From positions 62,001-126,000 of IMG/VR virus record IMGVR_UViG_3300030339_000003: DNA of 64,000 nucleotides; one strand, given 5' to 3'. Below the pieces are notes generated by a model. The model was not told the origin of the DNA. It saw only the letters and a program-made list of their open reading frames with translations, and ran no database searches. The position numbers and the translations under genes are program-made. Positions 1 to 8,885 of this stretch are shown in pieces (positions within the stretch are counted from its first letter, which is position 1; each line of letters starts with the position of its first letter).

Positions 1-1422
1 CACATGATAGTTATAATACGCTTCGCGTAATTGAGCAAACGCATCGTCCACGTTACGCATGTTTTCTTCATCTTTGTCACGGTTGAAGAAAGCTTTAGCA
101 TCTAATACAGAAACCTTTTCAGTACCTTCCTCGATAATTTCATCTTCTAACAAAGGAATCAGTTTAGTAGGATCAGATAAGATCATTTCTTTATCCACAT
201 CTTTAAAACGAATTGAACGAGACGTCCAACCAGCAAATGAAGATTCATTATCAAAGTCATATTGCACTAAGCGCACACAACCACTGAATAATGTTTCTTC
301 TGAACGTTGACTTGGATTTCTTTTTAATACATGTTTAATATATTTCCAGTTGGATTCATCAATGGTAAACCAATTAGACAAACACGTTTTACGGAAATAA
401 CCTTTGATATTAAACATCTGAACATTATCTGGTTTAATATTTTCCAGATCTTCACGGTAACTACCATTAGGACCATAATACGTTTTAGCATACCCATCAT
501 TAACAGGTGGCGCCGCATTATAATCAATAGGCTGATGACGTGATGATTGCGCCATACGTAAAGGAATTTCATACAGCTCTTGGTCACCACGGTATTGTGA
601 CTCAGGACTGTCGATTACTTGAGGCATACCAAATGCTACCAGTTCTGGGAACACTTGAGCACCATTGAGTGAACTTTCTCCTTTATTAGTAAAGTCCATA
701 CGATCGTACGGAGATTGCTCGTCAAACACAGCCCAGATTGCAGAAGCAATTTCTTTCTTCTGTTGGAACTTAGACAACAGTTGAATGATATCTGGGGTTT
801 GGTTATATAAATAATGCTTGGCCTTACTAAAGCCATGCAACCAGGCAATAATTTCAATATTTAAAATATTGACGACTGCTATGTCTAATGCATTAAACAT
901 CTCATTAGGATTGACCGTCATGTTGCCATTCGTTTGGCCTTTCTTTATAATCTCCATCATTAAACGACTGAACCAAAAAGAAGCGTTAGTCATAATGTTG
1001 TTTGAAAAGTCAATGCGCTTTAAAATGAATTGCGCAAATTCTTGTTTGGCTTGAGAGTTCTCATTACCCATACGCCCGTAGTTATTTAAGATCTGATAAA
1101 AACGGGAATGGAAGCGACCTATACGTGATATCTTAGCTTCTTCTAAGAAAGCAATACCATAACGCGCTGCGTGATCGCGATAATAGTTGGTAGTCTCTTT
1201 TGAATTAGCACCACGAGCTTCTTCCAATTGCTGAAGAGTTACGTCTTCATACATATTGTTATATTGTGGATCGTACTCGATAGTTTGCTGCGCCGTGCGA
1301 CGCAGCTCACCACGTAGAGCATTGGTGTAACTATTTTGTTGGGCCATTCCTTGACCCGGTTCGGCACCCGCTCCCGCATTTGGCTGACCAACTGTTGCGG
1401 TGTATTTATTAGGAGCTAACAT
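1..1422 (-). CDS. Conserved hypothetical jumbo-phage protein downstream of nvRNAP beta-N (3' end runs off the window)
   Basis: Not in the ORF track because it has no stop in the window. Read by hand: AGGA RBS, ATG at 1422, MLAPNKYTATVGQPNAGAG... open in frame to base 1 (...AYYNYHV). Confidence 0.75.
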   Translation of the reverse strand, partial: MLAPNKYTATVGQPNAGAGAEPGQGMAQQNSYTNALRGELRRTAQQTIEYDPQYNNMYEDVTLQQLEEARGANSKETTNYYRDHAARYGIAFLEEAKISRIGRFHSRFYQILNNYGRMGNENSQAKQEFAQFILKRIDFSNNIMTNASFWFSRLMMEIIKKGQTNGNMTVNPNEMFNALDIAVVNILNIEIIAWLHGFSKAKHYLYNQTPDIIQLLSKFQQKKEIASAIWAVFDEQSPYDRMDFTNKGESSLNGAQVFPELVAFGMPQVIDSPESQYRGDQELYEIPLRMAQSSRHQPIDYNAAPPVNDGYAKTYYGPNGSYREDLENIKPDNVQMFNIKGYFRKTCLSNWFTIDESNWKYIKHVLKRNPSQRSEETLFSGCVRLVQYDFDNESSFAGWTSRSIRFKDVDKEMILSDPTKLIPLLEDEIIEEGTEKVSVLDAKAFFNRDKDEENMRNVDDAFAQLREAYYNYHV

Positions 1423-1428
1423 TATTAA

Positions 1429-3123
1429 TTATTCCTGTGAATCGATGGTTCTTATTTCCCTGAACTTTAATCGCTTCTCCATTGACTCAAGTAACTCAAG
1501 TCTTTCCGGCCGCACCCCTGTCAAATTACCGCTGACGGTGTACACACATGGGGCCAGATAACCACTAGCATTCGGGTAAGGTTTGGTTACACGCTGATAG
1601 CTATTGATAAAGGCTTGTGTTGCGTTGGTCAAATTGGCTGTGTCATGAACATCGAAATCCCCAGACGACTGCTTCCTTTTACCCGTGAATACTTTATGCT
1701 GAGGCATGCAACCCAGCATATATTCCGAAAAAGGATTATCTGTTGGTGTGGGTTCCAATATCATATTCGATATACGCGCGTTATCGATTGACCGCAGCTT
1801 AAAGCTATTATTAGTCAAGAACTGTTTAAGTTTGTGGTAACTTAATTCGGAATTATTTTTGATATAATGTTTAAATTGGTTTGCTAATGTGATCATACAG
1901 TCGAACGTGAATTCCAACGAAGCAAGCTCTTTATGCAACATTGAACTACGATCGGTAGTTTGAACAATTTCAGAACGGTTGGCAATGATGTAGTTGAATA
2001 GTTCAAATATATCTTTGACATAAACCGACTGAGACGCAAAGTTTTTGATTGAATCCTCGTCTAAGTAATCGTTGTTGATGGAATCAAAATGTTCCAGCAT
2101 TAAACGCATGATGTATTCGTTGGTATCACCAGGACGAACACTGCAACGTCCGATTAATAATTTCCAATAGTCAGGGTTATCGATCTGGTCTAGATCAAAG
2201 TAGGATGGCATACAGCTTGCTACGAACAATAAGCCCGCACAATACTGCAAACCGATACTACTGAGTTCTTTACGACGCACATCTTTATTACGTATCGCGA
2301 TAGCAATATCCAGCGAAACGAATTCACCCAAGAATTTGTTATTTGAAGCACCACTCAATGTAAAGATTTCCCAACGATCTTCGGGTTTACATTGACTGAC
2401 CAAAACATCCACAGAACCAATTTCGTAATCACATTCGCCATAACGACTGATCGCTTGATCGAAGCCAATGTTACCAAACAAATACCAGGCCAATAAAGGA
2501 TAAGGTGTTTTCTTGCTAGTAACGTCACGGGTACTTGATGCAGAATAGAAACGGTTAGCGGCTAAGTTAATGTTAAAAGTAGAATGCGGTAGATTTGGAA
2601 CTTCCGTATGGACTTTATCGAAACGGAAGAACTCTGCACCAATTTTAGTTTTCAGTGACAATACTTTAAAGAAGATAGACTTCTCTTTCGTCACAGACAA
2701 ACCACGTTCTGCTAATACGATCTGGAGTGAGTACATTGAGTCACGCAAGAACATATCACCATAACGATCACAAAAAGATAGCATTGTGTAAATCGGTGGT
2801 AACGGCATTTTTTCACCGGTAGTGGGATTAATCCAGCTGAAGTTAATCGTTACTGGATAATACGACTCACGATGTGTTTCATAAACCTTAGGTTGCTTGT
2901 TCTTTAAGTACTGAATAAACTCCTTTGGTTTAACACGTTTGATCCCATCGAACACAACGCCTTTATCTTCGACGCTGCCAAAGATCATACGGTAAATATT
3001 GTTTAACCAGCGATGACCACCCTCAAATTGCTTGAGATGAAACCCTTCAGTGATTGCCTTATTAAAACGAGGCATTGTTTCATCTACACGCTTTACTAAT
3101 CTAGGGTCCATCATAACTCCCAC
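1429..3123 (-). CDS. Non-virion RNA polymerase beta subunit, N-terminal part (phiKZ gp123-like)
   Basis: 564 aa; N-terminus MDPRLVKRVDETMPRFN resembles this family; position two genes downstream of the MCP; early-promoter motif upstream of the operon. Confidence 0.75.
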   Translation of the reverse strand: MGVMMDPRLVKRVDETMPRFNKAITEGFHLKQFEGGHRWLNNIYRMIFGSVEDKGVVFDGIKRVKPKEFIQYLKNKQPKVYETHRESYYPVTINFSWINPTTGEKMPLPPIYTMLSFCDRYGDMFLRDSMYSLQIVLAERGLSVTKEKSIFFKVLSLKTKIGAEFFRFDKVHTEVPNLPHSTFNINLAANRFYSASSTRDVTSKKTPYPLLAWYLFGNIGFDQAISRYGECDYEIGSVDVLVSQCKPEDRWEIFTLSGASNNKFLGEFVSLDIAIAIRNKDVRRKELSSIGLQYCAGLLFVASCMPSYFDLDQIDNPDYWKLLIGRCSVRPGDTNEYIMRLMLEHFDSINNDYLDEDSIKNFASQSVYVKDIFELFNYIIANRSEIVQTTDRSSMLHKELASLEFTFDCMITLANQFKHYIKNNSELSYHKLKQFLTNNSFKLRSIDNARISNMILEPTPTDNPFSEYMLGCMPQHKVFTGKRKQSSGDFDVHDTANLTNATQAFINSYQRVTKPYPNASGYLAPCVYTVSGNLTGVRPERLELLESMEKRLKFREIRTIDSQE

Positions 3124-3134
3124 AAGTCAATTAT

Positions 3135-4148
3135 TTAACACATCAACTTGTAAACCGTTAGACCTAACCCTAGCACAGCTGAGATGTTCTTCACCGTAGA
3201 ACCGAAACCATCGTGTTGACTTTTTAGTTTCAACATATTGAATTCACTCTTTTGCGTCGCTTCCTTTATTGTGTAACTTTCCTTTAACCTTCCAATGCTA
3301 GAAGCGTGGTTAGCTAACTTAATTTCAAGTTGAGCAATTTTACCGATTTGTCGTATCGCATCATCTGCATATACTTGGATCGATTTCTTATTTTCTACTG
3401 CCTGCTTTTCTAGTTTGATTATTTTCTCTGTATTGCCTCCTTGTAGTTCTGCTTCTCTTTTTGTGGTAAATATACCATACTCTTCCAGTAATTTTTCATT
3501 AATATCATTAAACCCAAAGTATTTCTTTAAATAAACATTTCCATCAATATTTGAAACTATGTACAAGCCGGGTACGGCATTTAGTGTACGCTGACTTTCT
3601 AACTTAATTGCCCTGCCTAATAAATTAACCCAAAGTGATCCATAACGGTTATCAGGATCCACCAGTTGAATGGAGGTCGTCAAACTATTATCTTTTAACT
3701 CTGTGTCTTCTAACTTATCAAGTGCAGCTTGTGGTGTGTTACGCGCGTGTTTATTTGATCGGTTCTCTGATGCAAATAAAGTTATGCCTAACATTTCTGA
3801 ATGTATTACGTCGTTCTCTACTGTATGCTTTGCTGTTAACTTAATAGTCGTTGCAAAAGCACGATTACCAGAATAGGTGCCCAACATTCTTTTCTTTTCT
3901 TCTTCTAACCACACGATCATGTTTTGGATGATTTCTTTATCCAAAGGAGTCAACGCATCGTCAATGTTTAAACGCAACATCGCAATGTCTACATTTAATA
4001 ATTTTACTTCAATGTTTTGTTCTTTATATACTGACGGCTTTTCAGGACGTGCTACTTCGTAAGACAAGCCACCTTTTACTTTAACCCAGATAGAACTATC
4101 TGAAGTGTTATCAATACGATAACTCAACTTAAACCCATTTGTTGACAT
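3135..4148 (-). CDS. Conserved hypothetical protein (phiKZ gp122-like by synteny), coiled-coil and hydrophobic C-terminus
   Basis: 337-aa ORF with AGGA RBS between the MCP and the nvRNAP subunit. Confidence 0.6.
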   Translation of the reverse strand: MSTNGFKLSYRIDNTSDSSIWVKVKGGLSYEVARPEKPSVYKEQNIEVKLLNVDIAMLRLNIDDALTPLDKEIIQNMIVWLEEEKKRMLGTYSGNRAFATTIKLTAKHTVENDVIHSEMLGITLFASENRSNKHARNTPQAALDKLEDTELKDNSLTTSIQLVDPDNRYGSLWVNLLGRAIKLESQRTLNAVPGLYIVSNIDGNVYLKKYFGFNDINEKLLEEYGIFTTKREAELQGGNTEKIIKLEKQAVENKKSIQVYADDAIRQIGKIAQLEIKLANHASSIGRLKESYTIKEATQKSEFNMLKLKSQHDGFGSTVKNISAVLGLGLTVYKLMC

Positions 4149-4205
4149 TACATTTTATCCTAATTTTTTTGGCCAAAAAAATCAACTATGTTCAGTGTTA
4201 CCAAT

Positions 4206-4224
4206 AGATAATATAGGCTTCAAA
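4206..4224 (-). promoter_or_regulatory. Putative early (virion RNAP) promoter TTTGAAGCCTATATTATCT
   Basis: 19-mer identical to 55903-55921; resembles the phiKZ early consensus TATATTAC. Confidence 0.65.
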
Positions 4225-4250
4225 TATAAACGGCTAAATATAAATAAGGT

Positions 4251-4286
4251 TAATACTCCTACTCCCTTGCGGGAGTAGGAGTATTA
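4251..4286 (-). terminator. Hairpin terminator after the MCP
   Basis: 16-bp perfect stem TAATACTCCTACTCCC / GGGAGTAGGAGTATTA; GCAA loop on the minus strand. Confidence 0.85.
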
Positions 4287-4367
4287 TATTTAAGACGACT
4301 GTCTTTTATTACAGCAAGTATTCGGTATCACTTAGACTACCATAGTACGTTGCCGGAATACGAAGAG

Positions 4368-6617
4368 TTAAGGCGCCGTCACGTCTTTGGTAAAAACCGG
4401 TTTCACTTCGGTGTTAACCAGTTCTACTTTGCTTACCGCGTCAGGATCAACAGCGCCAGCAGTAGTAGCAACAGACTGACCAGGAGCGGTACGAATGTTA
4501 ACGCCACCCAGTTTGCTGAAGACACCATTGTCGTCCAGGAAGTCAACAGCGTCGAGGATGTCGAGACGACCCATCAGCACGTTGAGGTTCCATTGACGGT
4601 AGCAAGGCATGGTCATCATGACGCCGTAGTCTACGGTACCACGAGTTACGTTGCCGTGCAGAACGATGTTTTCTTTAGCGATGTTAACGCCAACACCGGC
4701 CAGTGGGTTGATACGATCTTCGGTAGAGTCATTGGTAGGGATAATGAAGATCTTACCAATCATCAGGTCGAAGTTAGTTGGAACGATTTCGAAGTTCTGC
4801 ATGGCAGAAATACGGGAATCGCCAACACGCATCAGGAAGCGCGCCAGGTTCTGGTGAGCAATGACGGTCCATTTGGTTTTCTCAACGCCAGAGTACTCGT
4901 TGATAGCCGCGATGTTCGATTTGAATTCCAGAGCTGCTGCAATATCCTGGATTTCATAAAGAACCAGCGCACAAATGTTTTCGAACACGTCAACGTTGTC
5001 CGGAGAGCTGATATGATCTTGGATACGCAGGGAGCGCAGTACTGCAGCTGGGCGGCAGAACATACGACCTGGCAGATCATTACCACCGGTGTTGTTATCA
5101 ACAACAGGCTGGCCATCGATGCTACGCAGATAATCGAAGTGATTAAACGCTTCATCGAATGCTTTACGGGAACAGCGAGTCTGAATGGTCACACCCATAT
5201 AGGAGATCGCATCATCCAGAGATTCTTTGTTCACGTCTTCTGCACGCACAGGGTATTTGACGGAAACAGGAGTCTGACGGTTAGTGGTCAGTTCTTTGTT
5301 TGCATCATACACTTCCAGGCGGTAACCGAAGTTGCCGTTGTTGGCGTTGGTCAGGTTCATTTCAGGTGTTGCACCGTTAACGGTAGAACCCTGCAGTTTG
5401 CGCATCAGAACTTTCTCTGCATCGGTGCCGTTCACGTGAGTGATACGAGCGCCATCAACCAGACGGGTCAGTGATTCGATAACCACTTTACCGGTAGTCA
5501 GAGACAGGGCAGTTGTTTGACGGTTATAACGACCAGTCATACGGATGTGCAGGTTAGGCTCGTAACCAGCAGTATAGAACGCCTGGAACAGAGCTTTAGC
5601 AGAAGCGCCTTCATCATCAACGATCTGAGATGCGGCAACATGACGCAGAGAAATATCAACGTCACGGTCGTTCGAGTTCTGACCGATAGACGTTGGCGCC
5701 ATATTGGTGTTGGTCATTGAGCTAGTGTCAATGAAGAACTGGATTTTAGTACCGTCGAGAGTACCTTCAACGCCGACTTCGGTGATGCGGATAGATGCTG
5801 ATTCGATATCATCAGTATCAGTCCAACCACGTTGGCCAGGAGCTTGGCAAAGACCGAGCAGTGAAGGAATAGACGCAGGAACCGCCAGCATTTGGGTCAG
5901 GTGGTCTTGACGGCCATATGCGTCGCCGGAAGCGTAAGCAGCAGGAGTAGCAGCTTTGATAGTAGGATCCAGGAACAGATCGTAGTTATCATCAGCTTCT
6001 TCTTCTGGGAATACCGGGTAGATGCGCAGCAGATCGTCTTTGAACAGATCGCCAGTACGCAGCACACCGAAGATCGGAGTCAGTTCAGTCATTGATTCCC
6101 ATGCGTTTGCGCCGTTGACATAAGAGCCAACACCCGCAGCACGGACGTTCATGCGAACACCTTCGTCTTCGTATTTGATCTGGATAGTTTTGTACAGCTG
6201 CTCAGCAGCGGCAGTTTGCAGACGGGTCTGAGTGTTCAGAACGATGTTAACTGCTTTGGTAGTAGCTGAGCTACCTTCAAAGTTGTTCATCGTAAAGCCT
6301 TCAAGACCTTCGCGTTTTGCCATAGACTTTACGTCAGCGTCGGTAATAACGTTTTCAACAGCTTTTGCGTAGTCAGTACGACCCATAGAGGCAGCGACCG
6401 CGGAGAAGTTTGAAGCGTTAACGTTTTGTTTCAGACCGCGACCAAAAGCAGAGACACCGGATTCAGCATTGCTAAAACCATTCAGTTGCTGTTCAGCGGC
6501 GCCAAAAGATTCCATACCGGATAAGGAGGAGAACTTTTTGTTATCAATCAGATCCAGTGTTTCTTTAACCAGGTTACCGGAAAGGCGAACGCTGGCGCGA
6601 ACATCTTTTAAAGTCAT
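4368..6617 (-). CDS. Major capsid protein precursor (phiKZ gp120-like)
   Basis: 749 aa; strong highly-expressed codon bias; N-terminal prohead-protease sites SGMES and EGLEG; own late promoter and terminator; synteny with the DnaB-like helicase. Confidence 0.9.
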   Translation of the reverse strand: MTLKDVRASVRLSGNLVKETLDLIDNKKFSSLSGMESFGAAEQQLNGFSNAESGVSAFGRGLKQNVNASNFSAVAASMGRTDYAKAVENVITDADVKSMAKREGLEGFTMNNFEGSSATTKAVNIVLNTQTRLQTAAAEQLYKTIQIKYEDEGVRMNVRAAGVGSYVNGANAWESMTELTPIFGVLRTGDLFKDDLLRIYPVFPEEEADDNYDLFLDPTIKAATPAAYASGDAYGRQDHLTQMLAVPASIPSLLGLCQAPGQRGWTDTDDIESASIRITEVGVEGTLDGTKIQFFIDTSSMTNTNMAPTSIGQNSNDRDVDISLRHVAASQIVDDEGASAKALFQAFYTAGYEPNLHIRMTGRYNRQTTALSLTTGKVVIESLTRLVDGARITHVNGTDAEKVLMRKLQGSTVNGATPEMNLTNANNGNFGYRLEVYDANKELTTNRQTPVSVKYPVRAEDVNKESLDDAISYMGVTIQTRCSRKAFDEAFNHFDYLRSIDGQPVVDNNTGGNDLPGRMFCRPAAVLRSLRIQDHISSPDNVDVFENICALVLYEIQDIAAALEFKSNIAAINEYSGVEKTKWTVIAHQNLARFLMRVGDSRISAMQNFEIVPTNFDLMIGKIFIIPTNDSTEDRINPLAGVGVNIAKENIVLHGNVTRGTVDYGVMMTMPCYRQWNLNVLMGRLDILDAVDFLDDNGVFSKLGGVNIRTAPGQSVATTAGAVDPDAVSKVELVNTEVKPVFTKDVTAP

Positions 6618-6685
6618 GTGCTAATCCTTAATTAAGCGAATTTTTTAGTACTCGATATAAATAAACAAATATTTGTTTGCTCAAC

Positions 6686-6694
6686 GCATAAAAT
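6686..6694 (-). promoter_or_regulatory. Putative late promoter ATTTTATGC upstream of the MCP
   Basis: The same ATTTTATG(C/T) recurs at 13783, 17098, 22905 and 33110 upstream of structural operons; the phiKZ late consensus is TATG. Confidence 0.6.
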
Positions 6695-6709
6695 ACTACT
6701 TAGATGGTT

Positions 6710-7267
6710 TCAGTAACCTTGTTCTAGCGCATAGAATGCGTTGCTCAAAGTGAATTCATCTGGACCTACATTTACTATAGGATTAAAGTGAACGTCCTGA
6801 TAACCATATACACGGAATAAAACATCAGTGATTGCTAATGAAAGTTTGTCCCCTTCCAATAAAGTCCAGCCGGGATAGTCGATTTCCTTACTGCCTTTGT
6901 TAGCAATCATAACTACAATCCCGGAATTACCGTTATGGTAGAAATATGAGTTATGTTGATCTAACAATTCAATAAAATATTGTGTAATGTCTGCGCCGTT
7001 CTCAACACGAGCTTTAAGTGGCTTGTGTTCTGGCAAATCACTGCCTTCAAAATAATCGCGATGCTCTTGTTTACCCAAGAGATTCGCCATCACTCGTTGA
7101 AGTAAAATGAAACTGGCTGCCTCATCAAATGATAAATTTTTATGAAGTGCTGTGACGTTATCCAGCTCTGAATATCCTATACCTACTTTTTTAATAAGAT
7201 CATTTAGGTCTTCAGTGACGAGCAAAAAATCGATCTTAGTATTTTTGTTCTTTAAAATAAATTTCAT
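6710..7267 (-). CDS. Virion/capsid-associated protein (phiKZ gp119-like by synteny)
   Basis: ORF between the MCP and the helicase; ATG start at 7267 (MKFILK) preferred over the track's TTG at 7297. Confidence 0.55.
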   Translation of the reverse strand: MKFILKNKNTKIDFLLVTEDLNDLIKKVGIGYSELDNVTALHKNLSFDEAASFILLQRVMANLLGKQEHRDYFEGSDLPEHKPLKARVENGADITQYFIELLDQHNSYFYHNGNSGIVVMIANKGSKEIDYPGWTLLEGDKLSLAITDVLFRVYGYQDVHFNPIVNVGPDEFTLSNAFYALEQGY

Positions 7268-7288
7268 ATCTACCACCGGAGTTAAGAA

Positions 7289-8839
7289 ATGGGACATCTG
7301 TTAATGTTGGTAAAAGTATTAACGTGCTTTTATCATGCCAAGACTTTAAAAGACAAACTGCTAATGAACGAATTGGCTGATTTGTTAAAGACCATCAAAA
7401 CGCCGACAACAGATGTATTTGTTCAAGACCGTAAAGTAGATGCCGAAATTCGTTCTACTATAGATTGGGTCATAGAACAACCAGATGATGAAGCAATCAT
7501 AAAATCAATGCTTTTGCAACGTGTTTATAGCTTTGTAAACAACGCACCGGAACTTAAAGAACTCATTAGTGCAGGATTTGAAGATTATCCGACTAGTGAA
7601 CGTACTCGTCAAATTATTTATAAACATATCGAAGAAATTCGTAAAGAACAAGAAAATACAAAGATCAATACAGCTTTAAAGAAAAAGTTTAAAGATTTTC
7701 ACTTTAAAGAATTGCATACCTTGGGTAAAACTGAATGGCTTGACTTGATGGAAGCTATTCAAAATAAAGTTAACCATAACTACAATGAAGAAAAACAAAC
7801 AGAAATTGTTGAATCGGTAAACAGTGAAGATAAAAACGTATTCTTAGAAATTGTACAACGAGCACAGAACGAAAGTAATGGCAGTGGTATTATCAAGTTA
7901 GGCATTCAAGGCATGAACCGTGGGTTAGGTCCAGACCAAGGTCAACGTCGTGGTAAGACTTACTTATGGAACGCATTGACTAACCGTGGTAAGTCTTTAA
8001 TGATGGGTCATGCAATTGCAAGTTGTGGTTTGTATAACAAAGCTCAACCTATGTTGCGTAACAAAGCTAAGATACCTACAATCGTCCTGGACTCTGCGGA
8101 AGATGGCATTGAACTTATCCTAACCCGTATGTACAAACTTATCAGTGTGGCTAAGACAGGCACTGTAGTGCCGTTTGAAGAAGTCACTGCTGAAATTGTT
8201 CACAAAACTATTACCGAAGCCTTTATTGAAAATGGTTGGTATTTTGTATTCAACCAAATTGAACCTAACAAAGATAACTTTAATAACTTCTGTTCACGTC
8301 TCCGTCGTTTAGAAATGAAAGGTCACGAAATCATTTACTACGTTTATGATTATCTGGCTATGATGGAACTCGATGGCATTATCGGTGACTCCAAGTCTGA
8401 CCGGTTACAGATGTTATTACGTAAAGCTCGTGCCTTTACTTCTGCTCGTGGTATTTGTTTCAATACACCTCATCAACTTAACCCTGACGCTAAACGATTA
8501 TTACGAGAATCAGATGATGACTCGGAAATATACTTCGCACAGATGGTTGCCGGTAAGTCAATGACCGAAGGGTCTACTAAATTGACGAACGAAGTTGATG
8601 CTGAAATAACTATACATGTTGCCAAAACAACAACCGGTAGTTATTTCACTTACGCCATAGGTAAGATTCGTGGTGAAGCGGGGGAAATAGAATACAGCTT
8701 TGGTATTTATGATCTAGACCCTGTGTTAGGGTTAGTGCATGATATCAATGAGAAGAAACCTAAATGTCGTCGTAAGATAAGTCAACGCTTTAATGAGAAC
8801 GGTGATACCGTAGATGATTGGGATGCCTTAGCGGCATAA
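7289..8839 (+). CDS. dnaB: DnaB-like replicative helicase (phiKZ gp118-like)
   Basis: Walker A ALTNRGKS, LDSAED, Walker-B-like VYDYL, and PHQLN equivalent to DnaB SQLNR. Confidence 0.85.
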   Translation: MGHLLMLVKVLTCFYHAKTLKDKLLMNELADLLKTIKTPTTDVFVQDRKVDAEIRSTIDWVIEQPDDEAIIKSMLLQRVYSFVNNAPELKELISAGFEDYPTSERTRQIIYKHIEEIRKEQENTKINTALKKKFKDFHFKELHTLGKTEWLDLMEAIQNKVNHNYNEEKQTEIVESVNSEDKNVFLEIVQRAQNESNGSGIIKLGIQGMNRGLGPDQGQRRGKTYLWNALTNRGKSLMMGHAIASCGLYNKAQPMLRNKAKIPTIVLDSAEDGIELILTRMYKLISVAKTGTVVPFEEVTAEIVHKTITEAFIENGWYFVFNQIEPNKDNFNNFCSRLRRLEMKGHEIIYYVYDYLAMMELDGIIGDSKSDRLQMLLRKARAFTSARGICFNTPHQLNPDAKRLLRESDDDSEIYFAQMVAGKSMTEGSTKLTNEVDAEITIHVAKTTTGSYFTYAIGKIRGEAGEIEYSFGIYDLDPVLGLVHDINEKKPKCRRKISQRFNENGDTVDDWDALAA

Positions 8840-8850
8840 AAGCAAACATA

Positions 8851-8882
8851 TAACTACTACTCCCGCAAGGGAGTAGTAGTTA
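8851..8882. terminator. Bidirectional hairpin between convergent genes
   Basis: TAACTACTACTCCC-GCAA-GGGAGTAGTAGTTA; identical 32-mer at 41678-41709. Confidence 0.85.
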
Positions 8883-8885
8883 GTA

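Noticed and set aside
4350-5474. 374-aa plus-strand ORF antisense to the MCP
   Set aside because: Shadow ORF caused by the strong codon bias of the MCP; no RBS and no sensible product. The same applies to the antisense ORFs over the gp93-like, PicA-like and ChmC-like genes.
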